Assembly: GCA_015485575.1 (NCBI GenBank)
Contig: WFTF01000047.1
Span: 1-40,660, forward strand
DNA from: Patescibacteria group bacterium
GTDB taxonomy: Bacteria; Patescibacteriota; Minisyncoccia; Phycocordibacterales; UBA918
Length of the DNA stretch: 40,660 bases
Reading direction: 5' to 3'
The notes beneath the pieces are model-generated. The model did not search any database and had not been told where the DNA came from. It saw only the letters and a list, made by a program, of their open reading frames with translations. A program made the translations under genes and the position numbers. Shown in pieces: positions 1-7,500 of this stretch (position 1 is the stretch's first letter; every line of letters starts with the position of its first letter).

Positions 1-753
1 GGTGATATGCAAGTGTACCTCCCTTTCTGCACTTCCAAAACTAGTATAGAAGTGGCGGTTTGAGTGTCAACGGAAAATATCACAAACACACGTTTTTGAA
101 GTTTGTCAAATCTCTCTAGGGGTGTGTCTAAAATATCGCTTAACTAAGCCACAAAAAAGCTTTTTCATCCTACTCGACTTATATAAAAGACACACGAAAA
201 AAGTTTTGCACAGTTATACACAGGTTATGTCCTTTACAAAGTTTTATAAAGGACATAGTATATGCGCAGGCCCAGAGAGGGCGAGCACATACAACAAACG
301 TAGAGTGCAGCAATGCAATCTACAAAGTATGTCTTAAAGAGTACATTCCACAAAGCAAAATGAGTTAATACCTCCAACTCTAAAGTTCATAACATCCCAC
401 CTAACTTATCGTAAGCACTTGTTGTGCAGGTTGCAATGAGGAGAGGAATTAAAGTAGCAAAAGAAAAAAAGATTCCGATCCTCGTAGCAGCTTGCACATC
501 AAGAGTACAAGTTAACCTAAAACGTACAAGCTTACAAAAAAGAGCCACATAAAGTTTGGAAGTCCCCAAAAAAAGAAGAAAGGACGACCACCTGAAGCTC
601 ACGCTTCACTTCGGCTCGCAAAACTACATAAAAGCCTGAAGGCTTTGGTAGCTGATGACCATAACCATCCGCTTCCAAATCCTTCAGGCTTTTTTCTTAT
701 GCTCGTCACTTTCATTCAATAACTGTCTTACGCTCTTCTCAATTATCTGCTAC

Positions 754-762
754 TTATCCACA
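754..762 (+). promoter_or_regulatory. Consensus DnaA box TTATCCACA
   Basis: Exact 9/9 match to TTATCCACA in the non-coding stretch left of cca. A second box, TTATACACA, lies at 214-222. Confidence 0.35.
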
Positions 763-763
763 G

Positions 764-800
764 AAAAAGACGGGAATGCCATGAACCCCCCCGTCTTTTT
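764..800. terminator. Hairpin terminator 3' of cca, usable in both directions
   Basis: AAAAAGACGGG - 15 nt - CCCGTCTTTTT. The stem is flanked by an A-run and a T-run, just past the minus-strand cca stop. Confidence 0.55.
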
Positions 801-816
801 ACCAAGTGATCCTATC

Positions 817-2295
817 TTATCCGACTTTATGCTGCCTTTCTATGGCTTTAAGTGCTTTTTCTTCTGCTTGCGCCTGCTTTTCCTTTCCTGCTGTCCCCAG
901 TTGTTCCAACTTTGCTTCCGGCAGTCGTATAAGCTCTAAAACCCTTGTTTCTAGGTACTTTTTGGTGTTTTTTTGCGGTTCATCAAGCACCTCTTCCAGC
1001 AGCGCATGCAGTACATATCCAAGCTTTTTCCCCGGCTTTTCCCCAGTGATTTCCATAATCCGGTTTCCGTCTATTTGCAACATTTTCACTGATATGGGGT
1101 CGCGAAGCGCTTGATCCACCATGGCCTTATACTTGCGAAAGCGAAACGGTTGCTCTTTAGGGCGTCCGGTGCCAATGCGATCGCAGATGCGAAGGTTAAG
1201 CAGGTCGTGAATATGCCCTTCTCCCACCCGTACTATGGTACGTCGCACCGCGGAAAGTGTTATTTGGTCTGGATCAGAGAAAAACATATGCCAGCGTACC
1301 AATGTTTCCACCTGTTGACTAAACTCCTTTGGCAGACGCAGGCGTGCAAGTATTTTTCGGGTCATACGCGCACCCACCACTTCGTGACCGTAGAAGGAGT
1401 ACTCTTTGTTTTTGCCACCAACAGTGCGAGTGGCTGGCTTACCGATATCGTGCAAAAGTGCGGCGAGGCGTATTTCCAGCGAAAAACCCTTATCTGCAGC
1501 CGCTTGGCAGCTGCGTAGCAGGTGTTCATAGACATCATACGCATGAATACCCCCCTGCTGGCAACCGATTGCATCTTTCAGTTCCGGCAGCACATACTCA
1601 AGAAGCCCCAGACGCTCCATCAGAATAATACCCTGCATGGGGGTGTTGCTTGCCAGCAGTTTCAGAAACTCGTCGGCGATACGCTCAATGGAAATACGGC
1701 TCAATTGCTGATGATTTTTACTTATTGAGTTCATGGTCTCCGCTTCTATAGCAAAATTTAGCTGTGCGGCAAGGCGTATGGCACGCATCATGCGCAGTGC
1801 GTCTTCGGCAAAACGTTCATCCGGATTTCCAACCGTTTTAAGGCGTTTTTTCTTGATATCTCCCATGCCATCAAACAAATCAACGATCTGCTCGTCTGAT
1901 GTGCGGTAGGCAATGGCGTTGACGGTAAAGTCGCGGCGCTTGAGGTCTTCCTCCAGAGAAACACCAAATCGTACATGATCCGGTCGTCGCCCGTCAGAGT
2001 AGTGCCCCTCACTGCGATAGGGGGTCACTTCCACCACTTCCAGAGTTGGGTCGTTGGTATTCTCATTTTTTACCCCGACGGTACCAAAATCGTTGTTGCA
2101 GAAGGTTTCATTTTCTCCAAAAAGCGCTTGTATCTGCTCGGGGTCGGCATTAGTGGTGATATCCCAATCTTTCGGGGTGTTGCCAAGCAGCATGTCACGC
2201 ACGCAGCCACCAACCAAATAGGCCTCAAAACCTGCGTTTTCAAGAGTGTCGGCTACGGTCAGCACTTCTTTTGGGATATTAAATGTGTGTGTCAT
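817..2295 (-). CDS. cca: CCA-adding tRNA nucleotidyltransferase with C-terminal HD domain
   Basis: 492-aa ORF with a GGCVRD motif, RRDFTVNA motif and HD-domain LLHDIGKP. None of the four tRNAs in the window encodes its 3' CCA. Confidence 0.9.
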   Translation of the reverse strand: MTHTFNIPKEVLTVADTLENAGFEAYLVGGCVRDMLLGNTPKDWDITTNADPEQIQALFGENETFCNNDFGTVGVKNENTNDPTLEVVEVTPYRSEGHYSDGRRPDHVRFGVSLEEDLKRRDFTVNAIAYRTSDEQIVDLFDGMGDIKKKRLKTVGNPDERFAEDALRMMRAIRLAAQLNFAIEAETMNSISKNHQQLSRISIERIADEFLKLLASNTPMQGIILMERLGLLEYVLPELKDAIGCQQGGIHAYDVYEHLLRSCQAAADKGFSLEIRLAALLHDIGKPATRTVGGKNKEYSFYGHEVVGARMTRKILARLRLPKEFSQQVETLVRWHMFFSDPDQITLSAVRRTIVRVGEGHIHDLLNLRICDRIGTGRPKEQPFRFRKYKAMVDQALRDPISVKMLQIDGNRIMEITGEKPGKKLGYVLHALLEEVLDEPQKNTKKYLETRVLELIRLPEAKLEQLGTAGKEKQAQAEEKALKAIERQHKVG

Positions 2296-2398
2296 GTGTA
2301 GTATTGTAGCAGAAATAAGCTTGTTTTTTGTTCTTTTTTGTAACTCCTGTGATTGCTGTATATGTTAAGTGGAAAGCAATGGTTACGTACCCATATAT

Positions 2399-2434
2399 GC
2401 AAAGCGCGTCGGTAGTACCACCGACGCGCTTTGC
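2399..2434. terminator. 15-bp perfect GC-rich hairpin downstream of tRNA-Arg
   Basis: GCAAAGCGCGTCGGT-AGTACC-ACCGACGCGCTTTGC flanked by ATATAT on both sides. No clear T-run. Confidence 0.45.
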
Positions 2435-2445
2435 ATATATCTTTG

Positions 2446-2517
2446 TGTGCCTGCCAGGACTCGAACCCAGAACGCGTGGGCCGAAACCACGAATGATATC
2501 CATTTCACCACAGGCAC
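2446..2517 (-). tRNA. tRNA-Arg (anticodon UCG)
   Basis: Hand-folded cloverleaf: acceptor GTGCCTG/CAGGCAC, anticodon stem CGTGG/CCACG, loop TTTCGGC, T-loop TTCGAGT. The T stem has two G-U pairs. No encoded CCA. Confidence 0.8.
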
Positions 2518-2753
2518 AAACGAGAAACATTCAAATTTCTCACCGTGTTTACTTGTGAATGTTACAAGCTCCGGATACTCGGCAACTTACAACAGTCAAT
2601 ACTATACTGCATATACGAAAAAAATCAATAATACCACTTGTTGTTGTGTCCCCAGAAAATATAAGCATTTGCTTGATGTAAAAAGCGCCCCCCTTTAGAC
2701 GCACCTAATTGTACATGATGAACACTTGTAGTAGTATATTGTATACATAGTCT

Positions 2754-3422
2754 ATGGTACGAAACAAAGAAACATATAAGCAGGTCTTGGAATTTCGCAA
2801 GCGGGGCTTCACGTATGCGGAGATTGCAAAAATATGCGGTATTTCAAAAAGCACGGTGAGTAACTACCTCTCCAAAAAAAAGTTTTCCAAGGAAATAGCA
2901 AAGGAAAACGCACAGAAAGCGGCACGGGAGAATAAGAAGCGCATGAGACTGTTAAATAAAGCGCGTAAAGCCGAGCGCAACGCCCGCTATCGCGAGGCGT
3001 TGCGCTCGGCTGAGACCGAGTTTAAGCACTACAAGCATTCCCCGCTGTTTGTTGCCGGTTTATCGCTGTATATGGCGGATGGTGACCTTGGAGACACTGC
3101 ACGCATCCGGATGAGCAGTACCAATACGCAGGTGCATCGTATTTTTATACATTTTCTGCGTGATTTTCTGGGTATTGAGAGTACTCAGGTCACATTTGTG
3201 GCAACATTGTATACGGGCATGGACGAAAGTAGAGAAATGAAATGGTGGTCTCGTGCAATAAAACTATCAGTGCGGCATTTTGGTAAAACCCAGTTTTTGA
3301 AAACAGATAAGATCAACTCTCACCCCGCTACACATCATGGCTCAGGCAGTACGTTTCTGAATAACACCACCCAAAAGAAAAAACTGTTGCGTTGGATTCA
3401 GTTGATGCAAGCAGAGTTATAA
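2754..3422 (+). CDS. HTH + LAGLIDADG-like protein, paralog of 13894..14565
   Basis: 222 aa with an N-terminal HTH-like segment (GFTYAEIAKICGISKSTVSNYLS) and a single LAGLIDADG-like segment (LFVAGLSLYMADGDLGD). Hand alignment with the 223-aa ORF at 13894 works along its full length. Confidence 0.7.
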   Translation: MVRNKETYKQVLEFRKRGFTYAEIAKICGISKSTVSNYLSKKKFSKEIAKENAQKAARENKKRMRLLNKARKAERNARYREALRSAETEFKHYKHSPLFVAGLSLYMADGDLGDTARIRMSSTNTQVHRIFIHFLRDFLGIESTQVTFVATLYTGMDESREMKWWSRAIKLSVRHFGKTQFLKTDKINSHPATHHGSGSTFLNNTTQKKKLLRWIQLMQAEL

Positions 3423-3499
3423 GTCAAACGTATGGACTTACCGATGTAATTTGACCATTTACCCGAGATGGTGTTAAATACAGTACCGCACAAAATACA

Positions 3500-3570
3500 G
3501 CGGCCATGGTTAAGTGGTATAACGGGTCCTTGCCAAGGATCAGTCGGGAGTTCGATTCTCCCTGGCCGCA
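3500..3570 (+). tRNA. tRNA-Gly (anticodon GCC)
   Basis: Acceptor GCGGCCA/TGGCCGC, D stem GTTA/TAAC, anticodon loop TTGCCAA, T arm GGGAG-TTCGATT-CTCCC. No encoded CCA. Confidence 0.9.
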
Positions 3571-3575
3571 CCTAT

Positions 3576-3603
3576 AAAAAGTTCCCCGTCCGGGGAACTT
3601 TTT
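3576..3603 (+). terminator. Rho-independent terminator after tRNA-Gly(GCC)
   Basis: AAAAAGTTCCCCG-TC-CGGGGAACTTTTT. Confidence 0.8.
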
Positions 3604-3726
3604 ATAGGTTCGGTCGGGATCGTAGCTTTGTGAATACAAAGCGTTACGCGAATCGAAGGGCTTTTGTGCTAGTTTGTGAGACGGAGTCGATACAAAATAG
3701 CCAAAAGGCGTGCTGAAGCTGTAAGC

Positions 3727-3747
3727 TTCGATTCTCCCTGGCCGCAC
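3727..3747 (+). repeat. 21-nt direct duplicate of the 3' end of tRNA-Gly(GCC)
   Basis: TTCGATTCTCCCTGGCCGCAC occurs at 3551-3571 (in the tRNA) and again at 3727-3747. The second copy lacks the 5' half of the T stem, so it is not a functional tRNA. Confidence 0.85.
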
Positions 3748-3800
3748 GAGTACAAAATGAGCGCACGTCAGTGCGTCATTTTTGTTCATACAGGATTGGG

Positions 3801-3824
3801 AATTTAGGGGTCAGACCCCTAATT
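3801..3824. repeat. Palindrome family A, copy 1
   Basis: AATTTAGGGGTC-A-GACCCCTAATT. Related copies lie at 14730-14755 and 16655-16679. Confidence 0.85.
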
Positions 3825-3930
3825 AACAGATTTTGGTAAATGATATAGCATATATGCTATATAGTGTATCTTTTTGCATAGTTTTCTGGTAGTATAGCTT
3901 GGAATTCATATACATATGGAGGACACACAT

Positions 3931-4830
3931 ATGACAATGAAAAAAATCGTCCTCCCTGAGGGGGACAGTCAACGAGTTCTTTCCGCTGCACAGGGGATTT
4001 TGAATCAAGGTATTTGTCATCCGGTTTTGATCGGGGATGCTGCACATATTTGCGGTGAAATTGAAGCTCCTCTTGAGAGTTATACCGTGCTTGCGTCTGA
4101 CAGTACCGAGCTGGATCGGCTGCAAGCTGCAGCTGCAGCGAAAGGTAAAGAGCTTCGCGTTTCTGACGCATCTTTGGTACAGGGTGCTGCGTTGGTACGA
4201 GACGGGTATGCTGACGGCATTGTCGGTGGTGCTCAAACCGGAACGGATGAGGTCTTTTTGGCGTATATCAAGACTATCGGTGTGCATGAGGACGTTTCTC
4301 GTGTAACCAGCTGCTTCTTGATGGAAAAAGACAATCAGCGTTTTATTTTTGCCGATTGTGCACTCAATCCGGAATCCAACGCTTCGGAACTGGCAGAAAC
4401 GGCTTACCTGAGCGCTCAATTTGCAAAAACGGTGGGAATAGAAGAGCCTGTTGTGGCATTTCTGTCTTTTCAGACCGTTGGAAATGCGCCGCATGCGCTA
4501 ATGCAGCTTCCGCGTGATGCTGCAAAAATTGCACGTGAAACCTATGCACTGCGCGCAAACGGTCCCTTGCAGTTTGATGCGGCACTGTTGCCGGATGTTG
4601 CAAAGCGCAAGACCAAAGACTGTGACGTGGCTGGACATGCCAATGTCTTTATCTTTCCGGATCTTGAAAGTGGTAACATCGGCTACAAAATCGCCGAGCG
4701 TATGGGCGGGTTTACAGCAACAGGTCCCCTGTTTTTGGGCTTTAGAAAGCCCGCCTACGACCTGTCTCGAGGGTGTTCCGTAGAAGACATCATTTCGGTG
4801 GTGCGTATGGCGGTGCAGCATGCAGAGTAA
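3931..4830 (+). CDS. pta: Phosphate acetyl/butyryl-transferase family protein
   Basis: N-terminal IVLPEGDSQRVLSAAQ...HPVLIGD and C-terminal DLSRGCSVEDIISVV are typical of the PTA_PTB family. GGAGGA lies 7 nt upstream of the ATG at 3931 (the ORF opens at 3916). Confidence 0.8.
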   Translation: MTMKKIVLPEGDSQRVLSAAQGILNQGICHPVLIGDAAHICGEIEAPLESYTVLASDSTELDRLQAAAAAKGKELRVSDASLVQGAALVRDGYADGIVGGAQTGTDEVFLAYIKTIGVHEDVSRVTSCFLMEKDNQRFIFADCALNPESNASELAETAYLSAQFAKTVGIEEPVVAFLSFQTVGNAPHALMQLPRDAAKIARETYALRANGPLQFDAALLPDVAKRKTKDCDVAGHANVFIFPDLESGNIGYKIAERMGGFTATGPLFLGFRKPAYDLSRGCSVEDIISVVRMAVQHAE

Positions 4831-4849
4831 CCATCTTTACGGTGAGATA

Positions 4850-4877
4850 AAGGGCGTTTCTCATGAAACGCCCTTTC
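4850..4877 (+). terminator. Terminator after the pta-like gene
   Basis: AAGGGCGTTTC-TCAT-GAAACGCCCTTTC. Confidence 0.7.
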
Positions 4878-5056
4878 TAATGCATATATTTATTAGTGAG
4901 ATTCAGATAGTTACACATGAAACAAAAAGTACTATGCAGACCATAGCACCCATTTACTTACTATATTTACTATATGTTGAATATATCACTGTTTTTCTCC
5001 CATTCTTATGTCACTACAAGAGGTTTCATGTGTAACCAATGATAGAGGAATAACAA

Positions 5057-5072
5057 TGTTTCACGTGACACA
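5057..5072. promoter_or_regulatory. parS-like site (15/16)
   Basis: TGTTTCACGTGACACA compared with the ParB/Spo0J consensus TGTTNCACGTGAAACA. Confidence 0.6.
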
Positions 5073-5259
5073 ACTACTATTTCATATGAAATGAAGTATT
5101 TTAAACCGGAAACAAATATCAGAATCAAAAAATCACCATTTTTGCGTATAACGGCAATAAAACACACTAAAAGTTGTCGTGCACACAGTTCACTCATTTC
5201 AAATACGATGCAATGATACGGACTCCAACTAGCCACCTTTTTGCAAAACAGAATTAAAT

Positions 5260-5289
5260 CGTGGATAACCAGGTGGATAGGTGGATAAA
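5260..5289 (+). promoter_or_regulatory. Three tandem DnaA-box-like repeats
   Basis: CGTGGATAA, GGTGGATAG and GGTGGATAA match TGTGGATAA at 8/9, 7/9 and 8/9. All are in the same orientation and are followed by an AT-rich stretch. Confidence 0.45.
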
Positions 5290-5378
5290 GGACAGTACTT
5301 TACAATGAGTGATTTTAGTAAAATATCCCTATAAATCAGTATTTTTAAAGGAAAATCATCGATTTTGTACTTTAATAA

Positions 5379-5394
5379 TGTTTCACGTGAAACA
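5379..5394. promoter_or_regulatory. Perfect parS site
   Basis: TGTTTCACGTGAAACA is a 16/16 match to TGTTNCACGTGAAACA and is fully palindromic. Confidence 0.75.
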
Positions 5395-5432
5395 TTGCAA
5401 AAATAGTTCCACATGGAACAATATAAACATTC

Positions 5433-5843
5433 ATGGCAACAGGTAGTAAGAAAAATACCAAGAAAATAGGAGATTTGGGTGAAAAAATTGCTCAAAAATA
5501 CTTGCATGATAGTGGGTTTGTTATAGTTGGTACCAATTTCTGGAGGAAGTGGGGTGAAATTGACATTATTGCAAAAGATAAACAGGGAGTGTTGCGTTTT
5601 GTTGAAGTAAAATCCGTTTCATATGAAACTATCACAGACCTGGAATACGCAGTTACACATGAAACTTGGCAACCTGAGGAACAGGTACACGCACGTAAAC
5701 TTCGTCAGATAGAAAAAACCATTGCCTCATGGATCACGGAACAGAGTTACGATGGTTTATGGCAGATTGATGTACTTGCCGTGAAGATGGTTATCCCCGA
5801 AAAGTATGCATCGGTTTCGTTTATTGAAAATGTTGTGCAGTAG
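5433..5843 (+). CDS. yraN: YraN-family (UPF0102) endonuclease-like protein
   Basis: 136 aa with GDLGEKIAQKYL...GEIDIIAKD...LRFVEVKS, the typical YraN pattern. Confidence 0.8.
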   Translation: MATGSKKNTKKIGDLGEKIAQKYLHDSGFVIVGTNFWRKWGEIDIIAKDKQGVLRFVEVKSVSYETITDLEYAVTHETWQPEEQVHARKLRQIEKTIASWITEQSYDGLWQIDVLAVKMVIPEKYASVSFIENVVQ

Positions 5844-5844
5844 A

Positions 5845-5890
5845 GGTTCATTCTCAATAAAGGACACATGTCCTTTATTGAGAATGAACC
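5845..5890. terminator. 22-bp perfect hairpin between yraN and the convergent tRNA-Pro unit
   Basis: GGTTCATTCTCAATAAAGGACA-CA-TGTCCTTTATTGAGAATGAACC. No T-run. Confidence 0.5.
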
Positions 5891-5892
5891 AT

Positions 5893-6290
5893 AATGAAAA
5901 TATTTATACCCAATGGATATCGCAAGTGGATGTGTAAAAATACGCACTCTGCACCTTCGTTTTCTCATGTCAGATGTTTAGCGACTTACGTATTCCGGGT
6001 GAATGAAAATTAAATAGCCCCAGTTGCTTTTTTTAAACGTGCAAGATAGAAAAACTGAACATCACTTGTTCAGTGCTGGTTATCGATATTTCTGCTCGCA
6101 ATCTCCAGAAATATCTGATGGACCTTTTGTTTTCCATCATGCTCTGACAAATTATAGTCAGAAAAAGCTCCACGTATTCGCTTTTTCTTTCTTAATTTGT
6201 ATGACCAAGCATACAAATTTCACTCACTCGGTCATAGAAATACATCTCACTCCGCTTGCTGTATTTCTACGACACTCATTCGTTCATTTG
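5893..6290 (-). ncRNA. Candidate structured non-coding region directly 3' of tRNA-Pro (copy C1 of the shared two-hairpin motif)
   Basis: No credible ORF. Several 6-10-bp hairpins are present. Hairpins at 6162-6186 and 6085-6115 are homologous to 33916-33936 and 33951-33981 with compensatory stem changes. Confidence 0.35.
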
Positions 6291-6361
6291 TCGGGATGCC
6301 GGGAATCGAACCCGGGCCACACGGTCCCAAACCGCGTACACTACCATTATGCTACACCCCG
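6291..6361 (-). tRNA. tRNA-Pro (anticodon UGG)
   Basis: Acceptor CGGGGTG/CATCCCG, anticodon loop TTTGGGA, T arm CCGGG-TTCGATT-CCCGG. No encoded CCA. Confidence 0.85.
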
Positions 6362-6548
6362 AATCACACTGTGCGGATATTAGCTGTACACAAAACGGCA
6401 TCTACAAGGAAGAATTCTCATGACACAAAATCAAAGAATGGTTTCCTTATATTTGCATTTTGCGGGCACATCATACCACCAGTTTTTAAAAAAAGCGAGT
6501 ATCTGTATGTTATCTGATACAATGTATGTTACAGCAATAGCAAGATAT

Positions 6549-7472
6549 ATGATCACACATTATTTTAAAACTTTGAAAGATGACACATTGAAAGAGGTTG
6601 ACACCATTCGCACCGGTGTTTGGACTCATGTAGTGGCGCCAACAAATGAAGAGCTGTCGGAAGTTATTGAGATGTATGGACTTGATGCTTCTATCGTGAC
6701 TGATATTCAAGATTTTTTTGAGGTGCCGCGCGTGGAAAAGGCGGGAAGTGCTACCTACTTTTTTACCCGCTATCCCTATGATGAGACTGATGAAGATATT
6801 GATACCGCACCCATTTTAATTGTTATGGGGGAGTCGTTTGTGGTAACGGTATCTCCGCGTGAAATTCCCCAGTTTCATACGTTTATATCGGGGAAAGTGG
6901 ATATCAACACAACACAAAAAGCCCGATTTTTTATTCAAATTATGCACATGTTGACGCAGTCGTTTGAAAGGGAGCTTGTGCGATTGCGTAAATCGGTACA
7001 CAGCAATAAAGCTCGCTTGCGCAGTATCAGCAACCGAGACATTGAGCGGTTGGTGAACTATGAACATGAGCTCAACGACATGATTGCGGCCGTTATCCCC
7101 ACGAACACTTGGTTGCAACAGGTCACCACCGGTAACTACATACAGTTGTTCGCTGAAGATGTGGAGATGATGGAGGATCTTATGATTGCAAACAGTCAGC
7201 TGGTTGACTCGGCACGATCAGTACTGAAAACCATTCAAAATATTCGTACTGCAACGGAGTCTATTCTCGCAAATAAGCTAAACGCGACCATGCAACGCCT
7301 TACCATCTTCACTATCATTCTCACTATTCCGACGGTAGTGGCATCCCTGTATGGAATGAACGTACTTTTGCCGATGGCGGAAAATCCCTTTGCATTCTGG
7401 ATGGTCCTTATCATTATTGTGATATTGGTGGTGGGTGTGGTATTTATTTTCAAAAAAAGCAGATGGTTGTAG
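6549..7472 (+). CDS. corA: CorA-family Mg/Co transporter
   Basis: YGMNV (GMN) motif followed by two C-terminal TM helices. The ORF opens at 6420. In-frame ATGs lie at 6507, 6522 and 6549, and I chose 6549 by typical CorA length only. Confidence 0.8.
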   Translation: MITHYFKTLKDDTLKEVDTIRTGVWTHVVAPTNEELSEVIEMYGLDASIVTDIQDFFEVPRVEKAGSATYFFTRYPYDETDEDIDTAPILIVMGESFVVTVSPREIPQFHTFISGKVDINTTQKARFFIQIMHMLTQSFERELVRLRKSVHSNKARLRSISNRDIERLVNYEHELNDMIAAVIPTNTWLQQVTTGNYIQLFAEDVEMMEDLMIANSQLVDSARSVLKTIQNIRTATESILANKLNATMQRLTIFTIILTIPTVVASLYGMNVLLPMAENPFAFWMVLIIIVILVVGVVFIFKKSRWL

Positions 7473-7500
7473 TAGACTGGTGCATACCTTATCTGACCAA

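Noticed and set aside
122-939. Short ORFs in the first 900 nt (122..337, 387..602 minus strand, 655..939, 806..1114).
   Set aside because: They have no good RBS and atypical composition, and two of them overlap the cca 3' end in antisense. The 71-aa hydrophobic ORF at 387..602 (GTG start) is the only one I would re-examine.
3424-4494. Minus-strand ORFs 3424..3789 (121 aa), 3823..4494 (223 aa) and 3857..4171.
   Set aside because: They overlap tRNA-Gly, its terminator, or the antisense strand of the well-supported pta-family gene. They have no RBS and low-complexity, odd composition.
6024-6517. Plus-strand ORFs 6024..6383 and 6197..6517.
   Set aside because: They run straight through the minus-strand tRNA-Pro and the structured region. 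They have no RBS.
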